In this document: piece by piece, positions 12,650 to 26,592 of the stretch
How the letters are laid out: each line of letters opens with the position of its first letter
Position numbering within the stretch: position 1 is the first letter of the stretch
DNA from: the human T2T-CHM13v2.0 reference genome, Homo sapiens
Assembly (NCBI RefSeq): GCF_009914755.1
Contig: NC_060936.1
Direction: 5' to 3' (one strand)
Length of the DNA: 64,000 nt
The notes under the pieces: generated by a model
Database searches by the model: none
What the model was told of the DNA's origin: nothing
The model's input: only the letters and a program-made list of their open reading frames with translations
Translations under genes and position numbers: made by a program

Positions 12650-13190
12650 GTGCAGACATGCTTGGTTTCATCTACGTAGAACCTGGAGGGGACCATCCAC
12701 TTCTTTTCCATGTGGTCCCAATGGGGCTGTCAATCATAGTGCCCTTCCCACCAGCCACAGGAGTGATCATGTGACTTTGGGTGGCCAATTAGAGTGACCC
12801 ATTGTCATTGCCATGGTGATTGGTTCATACATGGGCAAATGAGCCAATCAAGGATGCTAAGATCCCTCCTTTAAACTCTCAGTTAAAGCTAGTGTGGTAA
12901 ACCTGGTTTTGGCTAATGGGGGAATACAAATTGGGGCTGGAGGTGGCATCTCTCCAGATACGAGGTAATGTAAGTTCATCCGCAATAGAAGAAAATGGGA
13001 ATAACACATAGAGGAAATCAGAGCTGAGAGGGAGGGGGAAGGGGAGAGAGAGATGGAGAGAAAGAGACTGAGATTTCTAAGGATAGCATTGGATTCATGG
13101 GATTTACTTGTCCCTGAAGCAAGGAGCATGCTTTTTGCTTAAACCAGTCGGATTTGAGTTTTCTCTCACAGATAATATGTAACAACAACC
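12650..13190 (+). mobile_element. Old ERVL-type LTR (LTR16-like)
   Basis: CATGTGAC...GGCCAATTAGAGT...GGTGATTGGTTCA...GGGCAAATGAGCCAATCA and 3' TTTGCTTAAACCAGT...GAGTTTTCT; recalled similarity only. Confidence 0.5.
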
Positions 13191-13260
13191 AACTACCTTA
13201 ACTACACATTTTATTTAGCACTTTTTGTTACTGTGTTGTTCCTCTGGGTGAATTCTTTGC

Positions 13261-13933
13261 TTTTTATTTTGTATTTTATTTCAATAGCTTTAGGGGTACA
13301 GTGGTTTTTTGGTGACATAGATGAATTATATAGTGGTGAAGGCTGGGCTTTCACTGGACCTGTCACCCAAAGAGTGTGCAGTGTACCCAGTAGGTGATTT
13401 TTGTATCCTTCATCCACCCTCCCCTCTTCTGAGTCTCTAATGTCCATTATACCACTCTCTATGACTTTGCATACCCATAACTTAGCTGCCACTTGTAAGT
13501 GAGAACATGTGGTACTTGGTTTTCCATTCTTCACTCAGGATAATGGTCTCCAGTTCCATCTAAGTTGCTGCAAAAGACATTATTTCATTACTTTTTTATG
13601 GCTGAGTAGTATTCCATGGTGTGTGTGTGTATGTGTGTATATATATATACATATATATACACATATATATACATATATACATATATATACATACATATGC
13701 ATATATATACATACATATATACATATATATACACATATATATACACACATATATATACACATATATATATATTCCACATTTTCTTTACCTACTTATCAGT
13801 TGATGGACACTTAAGTTGATTCCATATCTTGGCAATTGTGAATTGTGCTGCAATAAACATACACATGCCAGTGTCTTTATTATATAATGATTTATTTTCC
13901 TTTGGATAGATACCCAGTAGTGGGATTGCTGGA
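13261..13933 (-). mobile_element. L1PB-class 3' end with ORF2 C-terminal remnant
   Basis: TTATTTCAATAGCTTTAGGGGTACA...GTAAGTGAGAACATG...ATACCCAGTAGTGGGATTGCTGG; minus-strand PAIPLLGIYPKE. Confidence 0.88.
13619..13772. repeat. (TG)/(TA)/(TACA) compound microsatellite inside L1
   Basis: GTGTGTGT...TATATATACATATATATACAC... Confidence 0.95.
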
Positions 13934-14319
13934 CAGTCGAGAAACTCACAATACACTTTTGTATAACTCTCCATCTTAACCCTAGCGCACAGCACAATGT
14001 CATGCCTATAGGCCATTCCTAAATCAAATATTTGGTTGAATAATACATGAGTGACTTAGTCATATCCCCTGCCTTTGTTTATCTTGTGTTGCTGGGAAAA
14101 CTATAGAGCAGAGACTACATAAGTCTCTCTGATCTGCATGTATTATAATCTACCTTAGCTAATTATCACTTGACGAATACATAAGCTGTTTACACTTTTT
14201 CACTATTTCAATACTGTTGTGGATATCCATCTCCATGTCTTTTAGGAGTCCAATGCAAAAGCTTCTCTTTAAGAATGAATAATAAAAGGGTCAGAGGGGC
14301 TGCGTGCCTTCAACTTTCT

Positions 14320-14905
14320 TCAGAGACCCGGCAGAACAAAACTGGGACCCCCAAATGGGACAATTGTGAAGACTTTTATGAAGAGCCAATTCAAAGACAT
14401 GTGAGTGGAACAAAGAAGAACCAGTGAGGGCCAATGAGTCATCCCCAGGTTAGGAGCTGTGTGGGACCCAGAGGAGCTTGGGGAGATAATGGTCATCAGA
14501 GCTCAGCTGGACCAGCAGGACAAGACCACTGCAGACAGCACAGTGGCATCCAGTGAAGACTGCAGCCACTGTCAGCCCACGCCAATGAGGAAGGAGATGG
14601 GCAGACACCCAGTGCTCACCTTCCTCTGCCTTCTGATCTCCTGCCAGTGCCTCCCATGGGCTGAAAGCCCCAGAAACCAGACAGCAAAAGAGTCCATGCT
14701 GTGCTCCATGCAGGTCAGCCTGTCAGGCACAGGGCAGAGTGAACCAGACAGCAAGGCAGTCCATGCTGTGCTCCATGCAGGCCAGCCTCTCAGGCACAGG
14801 GCAGAGTGAACCAGACAGCAAGGCAGTCCATGCTGTGCTCCATGCAGGTCAGCCTCTCAGGCACAGGGCAGAGTGGAGAAGGCATCTGGAGGCACAAATG
14901 GGGAG
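14320..14905 (-). mobile_element. LTR33/LTR41-class ERVL LTR
   Basis: CTGATCTCCTGCCAGTGCCTCCCATGGGCTGAA...AGGTCAGCCTCTCAGGCACAGGGCAGAGTGGAGAAGGCATCTGGAGG matches recalled antisense consensus. Confidence 0.6.
14675..14875. repeat. Tandem triplication, 3 x 67 bp, inside the LTR
   Basis: AACCAGACAGCAAGGCAGTCCATGCTGTGCTCCATGCAGGTCAGCCTCTCAGGCACAGGGCAGAGTG at 14675, 14742 and 14809. Confidence 0.97.
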
Positions 14906-16326
14906 TCCCCTCCAGATGCCTCTGGGAAGCTGCAGTGATTCCCTCTGGCGACGTGTGAGCGTTTCCATTGCTCCACACCTCACAACACTCAACATTATTG
15001 CTGGTTTGACAGATGCCTTCACATTTTTCAACCTGATTGGCATGGCTACTGCCTCACTGTGCAGGTAATTTTCCACGTGTCCCTGATCATTCCTAAAATT
15101 CCTCATCCGTTCAGTCTCATTGGCTCTCCCAGGGCCCTCTCTGAGCTTGCCTATTCATACCTTTTACCCATTTTCCTTTTGGTATTGATACTTTTTCATT
15201 CATTTTTAAGAGGTCTCTACATTTTCTCGATACTACTTAGCCATTCTTTTCAATATCATCAAGTTACGGCACAGGTACCCAACATTTTTGTAAGTTTCAA
15301 GAAAAAGACACAAAACCTAATTTTCTCAAATAAAGTGACATTATTCTTTTAATCTGTTTTCCCTCTTTACAAAGTATTGTTCTTTCTTCCACCTTTGGCA
15401 CCTGCACACCAAAAGGTTTGTTTTCATCATTTCCATACCCAGGGGAGCTGGGAAAGTGTAAAATAAAACCTCCTGAAGCCCAGAATTTTTCTCCTGGACT
15501 GACATGTTCACTAGCTCTGGTCTCCCCAATACGAGACACTTTCATTGCTCTAGGCTGACGATATGCTCACAGTTTTTACAGGCTGTTTCAGTGCACAGAC
15601 CAGCAAAACAACTACTGTGTCTCTGACAGAGTGTGGATGAGATCTGTAACGCTTTAGGAATACTAGTCAAACATGAGGCATTTCAAAGGAAGCCCTGCAC
15701 AGCACTTGCATTATTTAAAGGCAGGATTTATTACCTTCAACACAATTTGTCACTTTATACTTGTAGGATTTTTTTAAACTCCCTAATCTGTGTGGTTGCA
15801 TTTAAATAATGCCCACTCAGAGGGGGTATGTGTAAAGTCTCAATTTAGGATGTTTACTGTTGATGGCTGCTGTCAAAAATTAGATACACAATTCAGTCCA
15901 ACTTTAAACAACGTCACGTGTATGACTCTTCTTCAATTTAAGGTTTAAAAGCATAGAATTCACAGTAGCAGCAGGTGGCATACGGCTATTAGAAGCATAG
16001 TAACTGACAGTTGTTTTCCAATTGTGTCTTCTGGAAATCTTGTTCCTAATAGAATTTTAATTGGTGTTGAGCTGGGAAAAAAAAAAAAGCTCCACGGTCT
16101 ATTAATTTTGAAAAACACTGGATCAATAAAGCTCAGCAGGTTCTTCTCTGCTCAACTTCTCAGAGCCTTTACTGGTCCCAGGCTTTGGGAATCTCCAGGA
16201 GGAAGATAAGGAATGCACTATTCTCCAAACTTATTTAATGCTAACTTGTTTGTTTTTGTTCGTGAAACCCTTAATATCCCAAAGAACATAATCGAAGACA
16301 GGATGTGCAATTTTCCCAGGATTTAG

Positions 16327-16740
<414 letters not shown>

Positions 16741-17167
16741 TAGTGCAACATTTATTATGGCAATTGTTAAATTGGCTAATGTTTTTTATTTTTAATTTTC
16801 TCATGGCTTTTATTAGGGAGCTATCCTCATCACTAAGGTTTCTGGAACTAAAAGAGCAGTATCCATGGCCCCAAAGTCCATCGACTTGTAAGGTCAGCCA
16901 AGTCAGCGTTGGCTAAGACTGATTTTTAATGTGGATACTCTACTTCTTGGCACTCAGAACCACCTGTTTCAAAAAAGGAGGACGATATGCAATGAAGAAT
17001 TGGAAAAGGAAGCATATTACGTTAGTGATTGTGACTAGTGTGACAGGATCAAGCCAGCACAGGTGAATTGAGACGATGGCATCACTACACCCAAAATACG
17101 AGATCTTACACCATCTTTACACATGACGAGAACTAGGCAAGAGAGCAGTTCACCTGACCTCCCCAAA

Positions 17168-17504
17168 CAGTCATGCACTGCACAAGGACATTTCAGCTAA
17201 CCACAGACCGCCTATATGATGGTGCTCACATACGAATCATGTAAGAATATAATACCATATTTTGACTGTACATTTTCTATGCTTACACATGGAAATATTT
17301 ACCACTGTGTTACAATTTCCTGCCATATTCAGTACAGTAACACGATGCACAGGTTTGTAGCCTAGGAGCAATAGGCTATACCATATAGAGTAGGTGTGTA
17401 GTAGACTGGAACAGCTAGGCTTGTGTAAGTATACTCCGTGATGTCTGCACATCAATGAAACCACATTTCTCAGAGTATGTCCCATCCTTAAGTGACCCTG
17501 ACTG
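17168..17504 (+). mobile_element. Tigger3a (Golem/MER7A) non-autonomous DNA transposon
   Basis: Termini CAGTCATG...TGACTG followed by TA; internal GTAGCCTAGGAGCAATAGGCTATACCATATAG. Confidence 0.88.
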
Positions 17505-17690
17505 TATACAAAGTATCCCATAAAGCTGCTGAACACCAATGGGAGAAACCAGAAACCTTTTTTTTAGAGAATAAAAACTAACATATACACACAATATATA
17601 CACACTAATATATACACAAGTATATACACTTACTATGTTACCCACAAAAATAAGAAAATAAGAAAAATAAAATTTAAAAATAATAATTTA

Positions 17691-17979
17691 GACCAGGCAT
17701 GATGGCTCCTGCCTGTAATCCTAGCACTTTGGGAAGCCAAGGCCAGGTGATCGCTTGAGCTCAGGAGTTCAAGACCAACCTGGGCAACATGGCAAAACCT
17801 GTCTCTACAGAAAATAAAAAAAATTAGCCGGGCGTGGTGGCGCATGCCTGGAGATCCAGCTACTTTCAGGGCTGAAGTGGAATGATTGCTTGAGCCCAAG
17901 GGGTCAAGGCTGCAGTGAGCTGAGATCGCATCACTGTACTCCAGCCTGCGTGACAAAGTGAGATCTTGTCTCCAAAAAA
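17691..17979 (+). mobile_element. AluJ
   Basis: Dimer with GCTTGAGCTCAGGAG and GGTCAAGGCTGCAGTG; TSD AAAAATAATAATTTA / AAAAACAGTAATTTA. Confidence 0.93.
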
Positions 17980-18494
17980 CAGTAATTTATATTACACAAA
18001 AGATTTCCGATAAGAGGAGGAATAACACATTATTATTGCAAGTGTTTTAAGACTAAATTGTAATTTTGGATTATTATTCATTTTGTTGATAAAATTCACT
18101 AGAAATCATTTGGTAAATGAGAGAAAATTTCAATAAAGCAAGTGTTAAGTAATGAATATTTAACAAGAATATCACATGTGTTCCCAGAGGACTGTGGAAA
18201 GATCATGACTTTAGAATGTGTACTTCCAGCAATTTCAGAAAACCTTGATTAGAAAGAAAAGAAATTGGTGGTTGCTACTTCTATCAGCCATAGGTTGTGT
18301 GCTGAGTTTCTGAGTGACAGATCCAAGGCAGAGCAGGGCAATGTCACAGGAGGCAGGAGGGATGGGTGCATGAAACCCTGTTCAGCCAGGACACCTGGGA
18401 TGTCTCGGCAGGGGCGGAGGTGTCTGTATCAGGGACGTGTCTGTACCCTGCTGACCATTAGGCAGGAAGGCTTGCCCAGACATTCTCTTGCTTC

Positions 18495-18720
18495 TTCTTC
18501 ATTCCACAAATAAACACAGAACACTACTATGTGCTGGGAACTCTGCTAGACTTTGGGGATTCCACAGTAAACCAGACAGACACAGCCCCCACCTTTGCTG
18601 AACACATTGCCTCATCGGGGAATCATTCAGTGGACAAGGAGAGAAATGAACAAATAAGGTAACTGTAGAACATGGTAAATGTTACTAAGGAAAAGCACAG
18701 TGTGGGGATACTCAGTGTGA
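18495..18720 (-). mobile_element. L2 3' end fragment
   Basis: CATTCCACAAATA...CTACTATGTGCTGGGAACTCTGCTAGACTTTGGGGAT...AACCAGACAGACACAGCCCC. Confidence 0.7.
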
Positions 18721-18779
18721 TGGCCATGTCTGTCTCCCTCTCTCATCTTCCCATGACCATCTTCCTACATACCTGCTGC

Positions 18780-19430
18780 TTTTAGAATAAAGCCAGAATC
18801 CCTTACCATGTGGCTTGGCTTCCACCACCTTGCTATCCTCATCAGTTTCCTGTCCTTCTCCTACTCTGTCTCCCTCCCTCTCCCCATCTTCCTTCCTTCA
18901 TTTCTATCTCTCTTTCTCTCTCTCTCCTCTCTTTCTCTCTCATGTCTTTTTCTCTGTTTCTCATTTCTCTCTGCCCCTCTGTCTCCCTCTCTCTCCATCT
19001 TTACCTGGTTCTCTCCCTCTATCCCTTCTCTCCCTCCATCTGTATGCCCCTTTCTCCCTCTACCCAAGACTTACCCACCTTCGTGCCACCCTTGGCTCTC
19101 ACCACCTGCCTTCTACCATGGTGCCTTTGCACCTGCCACTCCCTCCATCTGGGATATTCCCTCCTATCCCCTCACTGGCCTCTACTTCTCTTCCAGATCC
19201 TGTTTGCAGCATCCCTGCCCTTGGGAAACTCCTCTGTCCGGCCCATCTGCAGACCCTACTCCACATTATCAGAGCCCCAGCTAATGCTCCCTGGTGGCAC
19301 TTTCCAGAATTATAATCTTATCTTCAAGATTTTTATTCACCATCTCTGTTTTTGCTCATCATTTCAGCCCCAGCATCTAGTCCAGTGTCTGACAGAGTTA
19401 TACTCAACAGAGATTTCAGAAATGAATCTT
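18780..19430 (+). mobile_element. L2 fragment containing a CT-rich low-complexity tract (about 18845-19060)
   Basis: AGAATAAAGCCAGAATCCCTTACCATG...GCCTTTGCACCTGCC...CAGCCCCAGCATCTAG...GAAATGAAT. Confidence 0.6.
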
Positions 19431-20688
19431 TCAAAGCTCAGTTGAAATGCTTTCTCCAGAAAATATTCTCCACCCTCCCCACCTAGGAGGCATCTTCCTT
19501 GATCCCATCTCGGTTTAACTCTGCCTCTCCCATGATGTCCGTCTTCCACATTCTTCCATAGAGTTACCGATCTTCAAGTGTTTCATTTCTTATTACTTTA
19601 TTCGTGGTGTTGCATTTTACTTAGGATTTAGGCCCAACAGTTAATGCCTAATAATAAAAAAAAAAAAACTATACAAACAAACACCATCCGTGAAAATCCC
19701 CCGGACAGCCAATAAGCTCAGTATGCATGACCTTGTATACAAACCTTTGTGTACACTGTTTCTTGATATGGCCATTATGAAGGAGTTTTGTGGTGGCTGC
19801 CACATGACCTAGCTTGGCTTGTGTTTGGCACCTGATTTATATCTTTAAAGTAGCACACAGAGTTGAATTTGTGTAGTCAAATGTGGATCTGGTAAAATTA
19901 TAATCTATTACTCAAGATCAAGATGTGCTTCTGTTTTATCTTTGAATTGAGCCAGCACTTGAAAAGGAGCTTTGCAGGTAGCAGGAAGTTGATTCATATC
20001 TGCTGGATGGCTGGTTCCATTGTTGTTGTTGTTAAATGGCATATGTGAATACAAAACAGACACACAAAAAGAACTTGCACATGACCTCCACATGTAGATT
20101 TTCCAGATATCCCAGCTGGCCTGGAACCCCTGGTTCACTCTATTCTCTTGTCAGAAAAACAGGAGCTGTCCACTTTCATTTATAAGAGCTCCAGTATGGA
20201 ACCTAAGTTATATGTCACGTGTGTGTTTGAGAAAAACAGGCAGCTGTGAACAGTGGGGCTAAATGTTTTAAATTTGGACTTCAAGGCAGCTGGACATGAA
20301 GAGAAAGAAAGAAGAAAGAAAAACCACAGGACACAGATTGAGTAGATATCTCACCATCAGATGGGTAGCCAAGGAGTATTAAGGCTGAAAATGGCTCATT
20401 TTCACATTCTTGATATGGGGGTTGTTTTACTATAAACAAAAAGGATTGGTGGTTTTCTAGAACATTTCTTGGAGGTTTCCTGGAAGGTTTCTTGGAGTAT
20501 TTCTAAGAAGGAGAATAATTCAAAACACTGAGAGCTAGCAAATAGAGATAGGAAAAGTTAGCCTGACCCAGAAATTGCCATGATATCTGTTATTCAAGTG
20601 ATCATGGTAGGAATTAGTCATAACTGATATTTATTCAATACTTATGATATGCTAAGCAAAATAGTAAGTCCACTATGTAAATTATTGC

Positions 20689-21015
20689 TTTTTATTAACT
20701 TTCATTTTAGGTTCAGGGGTACATATGCAGGTTTGTTATATGGGTAAACTTGTGTCATGAGGATTTATTGCTCAGATTATTTCATCATCCAGGTACTAAG
20801 CCTAGTACCCAATAATTATTCTTCTGCTCCTCTCCCTCCACCCACCCTCCACCCTCAAGCAGGCCCCAGTGTCTGTCGTTCCCCCTCTTTGTGTCCATGA
20901 GTCTCATCATTTAGCTCCCACTTGTAAGTGAGAACATAAGGTACTTGGCTTTCTGTTTCTGCATTAAGAAATGGAATCAATCGGAATGCCCATCCATGAC
21001 AGACTGGATAAAGAA
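20689..21015 (-). mobile_element. L1PA (about PA16) 3' end with a 5' inversion, inserted in a MIR
   Basis: Antisense L1 3' UTR 20689-20966, then sense L1 GGAATCAA...ATGCCCATCCATGACAGACTGGATAAAGAA 20967-21015; MIR flanks about 20620-20688 and 21016-21200. Confidence 0.88.
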
Positions 21016-22479
21016 TTATTCTCTTAATCCTGATGGTGACCTACCCCATATGGGGTAGGATGCTAGAATTATCATTATTATTCCCATTACATAGGTGAGA
21101 ACAATGGGGTGCAGAGATGCTAATTAGCTTGCTCAAGGCCACCTGAGGAGGAGGTACAAAAGCCAGGATTCAGCCTGGAGCTGTCTGACATCAAGAACTG
21201 CTTCCTTCAGCGCTACTGCGTCTTTCTCTTTCATAAACGCTCAGGTGTTAATGGATAAAGATTAAAGAACTCTGGATAAAACCATGGGCACCATCCCCAA
21301 ATTATCAGTCGGCCTATCTTATGAAAAAGAGCAGAAAGCAGCAAAATGCAACCTGCAGTCGTAAAGCCTGGGTTAACAGAGAGGGGCAGAAAGGATCCTG
21401 GGTTACTCATAATCTCACAAACCTCCAAAACAACAGAGGAAACGAATCCAGACCTGACTCGAGAAGTTGCACACTAACACATTAAGGTATTCATGAGAAT
21501 TACTGAGGAAAAATTCTGAGCATCCAAACTGAGTGATTAATTTCCTCATACACTTAGAAAAGCAAAGAATGTCTCATAGGAGCAGAAGAAATGGGATGGA
21601 GAGAGAATCACATGACTGATGATCCCCGGTGATGCGTCTGATAAACCCTTAGCTGGGAAAGGATCACCTAGAGACAAAGTGAGTGCCAGTGATTCTGCAA
21701 AGTCTTGTCTCCCAGGGAGCTGGAATCATCACGGAATAGGTGTGGACTGCTAATACCTTTTTGATTGACAACCAGAGGGATACAGAATTGGTGAGCCATT
21801 GGCATCCTAAAGAAAAAGATCCCCCCACCACACCCTGGTTAATATGTTGTAACTTGACTGTAACTCCTGTACCTTGAAAAACTCAACAGATCCTCAGACT
21901 TACCACATAAGAGCCATATAATTTAAGAGTCAGGTTACATACACACAAAACAGGACCTATTCCAAGGAATAAGTAAAGGCAAAAGGGAACTCCAGGAAGA
22001 CGTTCACTGCAGCATTATTTACAACAGGAGCATTATACACAACAGGAGCATTTTACATAAATACGCTAGGACTAGAAAATGACTTCAGGTATTTCGGTGC
22101 TGACTTATGAAAGACTATTAAAGGGTTTTGGAAATCATAATTAGGAATATAAGTTAGCACCTTAGGAAATGCTTATATGTAAGCGGAGAAGCTGAGCCTG
22201 AGCCGTGTGTATATATAATCATGCCTCGGTAAAAATCCTGCCCTCGGTGGCTGAGGACGGAAGGAGAACACAAAACAAGTGCCTACGGCTTGCTTAGTTG
22301 GAATGGCAGGATTGGGGGTTTTGTTTTCTTTTCTCTGAAACCTTTTTCGGCAGTAAAAACAAGGAAGACATATTATACTCAGTTCTGATGAGATTAGTTC
22401 TCAGTTCAAAAGCTGTTCATGACCCTCTTTTTTGCTTCCTTCCTGTGGAATTAGATCCAGTCTTCGGAGTTCTGTCTTC

Positions 22480-23025
22480 AAGACCCATTATAAAATGGAT
22501 CCGACCTCCCCATTCATTTTTACCTCCTGTCTCCTCCTGGCTGTGTTTTCTTCCACCTGGGTGGGCCACTGGCCTGCAGACATGGCTGTCCGCTCTGAGC
22601 ACTTTGCCAGTCCCTCCCTCGAGGCCACTCCATCTGCTTTCTTCTCTATTCTCAGCTGTGGAAATCCTACCCAACTGTCAAAGATAATCTTTGGATTCCC
22701 TTTTATTCCACCATCCACGCACGAGCTCCCTCTCCGCATCATCCCTTCCTACAGCCAACCTGTCTCCTGCAGTATGGACCCCAAGCTGCCTTATTAATAC
22801 CTGAAGTCACTAACTATTGATGACCTTTGTCATCACTTGGGTGCCACTTTGTGACACTTTGTCAGCCACTTCGGTGCATTCACGCATCTTCTATGCAGTC
22901 CTCTCTTTGCTTTGACTGTCCCCCTCTATGCCCCCTAAGTAGACAACAAGTTCATTCAGGGCCAGGACCATGTCTGATTCACTTTAAATCCCACATAGGG
23001 GTAAGTAGGATGCTTGGCTTAAATG
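22480..23025 (+). mobile_element. L2 fragment
   Basis: GAGCACTTTGCC...GAAATCCTACCCAACTGTCAAAG...CAGGGCCAGGACCATGTCTGATTCACTTTAAATCCC...GCTTAAATGTT. Confidence 0.55.
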
Positions 23026-24177
23026 TTTTTTTCTGTATTCAATACAACTAATTTTTTTATCTTAACAGAACCATCATCTGTCCTCCAAAAGGAACAAAAA
23101 ACTCCACTTTACCGTCGCATTACAGACAAAGCAAAATTCATGTACAAAGAGACAAACATCTTCCCCCTGGATATGGTTGGCTTTCCTCTGTATTTTTCTC
23201 CAATGTTTCATAACACTTATGAATTATAGATCAACCACCTATGGACATGTGGAAAATCAGACAAATCCAAAGTTTTCAAGATACATTGTTTCCAATTCTT
23301 ACAAGGAGCTTTTACCTATTTAAATTCAAGAAACAATATAAATCCAATGAGCTTAGTTTTGTGGGACTCCCGGCCATAGTAGGTAGAAAACCCATTACAG
23401 CTTTCTTATATGTCACCTGAGAATGAATAGGCACGTAAGTAGAACCAAATTCCCCAGGAAATTGAGCCTACTAAGGGTTTAGCAAATATTGAGTCTGCTG
23501 GTTTGTATTTCCTCATGTGCATTTTAATACCCCTTGAAGTCAAGGGGACCATGATTCACACCCGGAGCCTTCCTCCACTGGATTCATTTTGTCAGCTCTT
23601 TGGGAATTTAAGTACATCTGAATGGCATCTCTCTTTCATGGTGAGAGTGTGATGGATGGCCGGAGACTCCCAGGCTGTCAGGACCCATCACTTTCCCCAT
23701 CCATCTCCCATTTAACGGTCCCCGGGCCTGACAGCTTTCTCTCACATTGGTTCATGTTCTCATTGCCAAAAACCACTAATGTTTTCTTCACAGGGAGCCA
23801 GGAACAATGGGAAGGCAAACACAGTGGATTTGGAGCCTTTTGCTCCTGAAACTTAAAAATGTTCATTCCAATGCAGTTAAGCCAGTAACTTCTGAGACAT
23901 GCCTTCCCACCTAAGTTAATAGAACAATATTAAAAAAAGAAAAAAAGAACAACACCTTCTCCCCCAACATATATCTCCGTGTTGCGGAGGAAGTCCTGGA
24001 GCTTTGCTGAGACTATTATGGCTCTCAGAACCCAGCATATTAATTCTTTCCCACTCCAAACACCCGCATCCCATCCTCCCTGGCGTTGTCACGTGTGGGA
24101 AGGCCTCCACAGCAGTGGTGTCCCCTGCACTCAGTTCAGTCCCCGGCACACACACTGGGTACTTAAGAAATTGTCCA

Positions 24178-24476
<299 letters not shown>

Positions 24477-25695
24477 TGAAATTTTTCAGGATGGCACTGT
24501 AGTTTAAAAGTTCTGAATTCATTGAATTATTTGTAGAGTCTTAATTGTATCTAAATCTTAGAAATAAACCTGATGCTTTTTATATGTCTTTCTTGGACTA
24601 TACTAAATTATTCATGTGATCAATCATTTGTGTCTAAATTAAAATGCCAGAGACAAGGAAAATGAAACGTTGGCAGGTCAGAGTTGGAATATTGTATTTT
24701 AAAATTATGTTGTTATTTTGTTTTATAGAAAAGGTTTTATTATTTTTGCCTTCTTAGTATTCTCTGCACTAATTTTTTTAAAATTTTGCCTCTTTTAAAA
24801 TTTGCCTTATAGTTTTATTAGCACCTAAGAGTTTACAAATATAAATAATTCTAAGCTACTATTCTCTGTTTCACAATTTACTTATTTAGAAACATTATGC
24901 TGCTTTGAGGAACTAGAACCATTTTGTGTAAGAATTTTTATTTTCTGGGCTCCTTATACCATTCCTTTATTGAAGTGTTTAAATTTTTAAACAAACTCAA
25001 AACTATAATGAAACACTTCCCCACAAAGTACCTACATCATTAGCATATATGTAATTACATCTACATAATAAACATGATCATAAAGAAGAACACTTCTAAA
25101 TGTTTTGTCTAAATGTAACAGCCTCACCTTCCCTCGCTGTCCCAGCATCCACCACTTTGATGTGGTTTTGCTACCTCATTTGCCTCTGAAAATGTTTTTG
25201 ACCTGAGGTCTTTAGTAGTCATGGAAACAGCAAACTCCTCATTTCCATCCCTCTTTCTTTCTCTCTCTTTTTTGAGAGCTGATGTCTATAACTTGATCTC
25301 TGTTGGGATCTCTATAACGGTAAGTCCTCAGATTACACAAACAACAAACAGACAAAAGAAATGGCAAGGAGAGTCATCCACAGAGAGGTGCAGGATGCTC
25401 ACAGCGTTGTGCAGCAGCCTGAAAGGAAAGGGAGGGAAAGCACCCCTGTGCAGTCGCCCTCCTTAACATCTCCAAGAAGCCTCAGGTCAAGGGAAGCTGC
25501 ACTGTCTCTAAGCACCAGCAGACACCTGTTCCCCAGTGCATGCCTTTACTCCAACCACAGCTAACAATGAAACCAGCGCTCAGGGGACTTGTGTTCCCTT
25601 CATTTGATGGTGGAGTGCTCTCATTACTCAAAGTCCAAGCAAGTTTTAGTTAATTAAGTTACACAGAGATGACAATGAAATACTTGGAGAAATAG

Positions 25696-26592
25696 TATTG
25701 AGGAAAAGAGCCAAGCTCTGTAAAATATTTATAGAGGTTTATCCTGAGCCAAATGTGAGTGACCATGGCCCACGACGCAGCCTCAGGAGGTCCTAAGAAT
25801 GTGTGCCTAAGGTGGTTGAGGTGCAGCATGATTTGATACATTTCAGGGAGATATAAGACATTAATCGATACATGTAGGGTATACATTGGTTCAGTGCAGA
25901 AACACTGGACAGGACAACTGTCCTGATGCAGGGGCTGAGGACAATTACAGGGCATAAGTGGATTCAAATATCTTCTGATTTGCACTTGGTTGAAAGAGTT
26001 ATTACCTAAAGAGCTGGAATCAATAGAAAGTAGTGTCTGGGTTAAAATAAGTATTTGTGGAGACCAAGGTTCTTATTATGTAGATGAAGTTTCCTGGGTG
26101 GCTATCCTTAGAGGCAATAGATGGCAAATATTTCCTGCTTAGATCTTTAAAAGGTGCCAGACTCTCAGCTAACTCTTCAGGAGCAGAAAAAGCCCTGGAG
26201 AGGGAAGGGGATTATCTACAGAATGTAGGCCTTCCCCACAAGAGACAGATTTGCAGGGACATTTCAAAATACATCAAAAAAATCTATTTTGGGTAAAATG
26301 CTTTGGTTCCTTCCAAGGCCTGCTATCTGTCATGTAATGCTATACTAGAGTCGGGTTAGAATTTGGTATTTCATTGCTACAAACAGTTTGTTTTCTCAGT
26401 GTTTATATCTCTGTGTTAATGTTGGTCAGTTGTCCCTGAAAAAAGGAAGGAGGGTGTAATGAGGCCTGTCCAGAACCTGCTTCCTATCACAGCCTGAGCT
26501 AGTTTGTGTAGGTTTCTTTTGAAATCCCCTCAGTCAAGAGAAGGGATTCATTCAGTCAGTTGGGGGGCTTAGAATTTTATGTTTGGTCTACA
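25696..26592 (-). mobile_element. MER4-family (MER4D-like, about 900 bp) ERV1 solo LTR
   Basis: GCAGCCTCAGGAGGTCCTAAGAATGTGTGCCTAAGGTGG; ends GGGGGGCTTAGAATTTTATGTTTGGTCTACA; shares blocks with the LTR at 8689-9266. Confidence 0.85.

Larger units (their letters stand above)
14150..15300 (-). mobile_element. Old L1M fragment split by an LTR
   Basis: AAGCTGTTTACACTTTTTCACTATT left of the LTR; GAGCGTTTCCATTGCTCCACACCTCACAACACT...TTTTACCCATTTTCC right of it. Confidence 0.5.

Noticed and set aside
13509-14016. YI/HT-rich ORFs and the PAIPLLGIYPKE peptide
   Set aside because: Microsatellite translation plus the decayed C-terminus of L1 ORF2; the same applies to 37331-37573 and 39705-40094.
18808-19445. 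158-211 aa Ser/Leu/Pro-rich ORFs in three frames
   Set aside because: A CT-rich low-complexity tract within L2 lacks stop codons by composition.
23069-23175. Possible plus-strand exon (branch-like CTAAT, ttttttatcttaacag acceptor, open in all three frames)
   Set aside because: The donor ATG|gttggc is weak and no frame is recognisable; not enough support.
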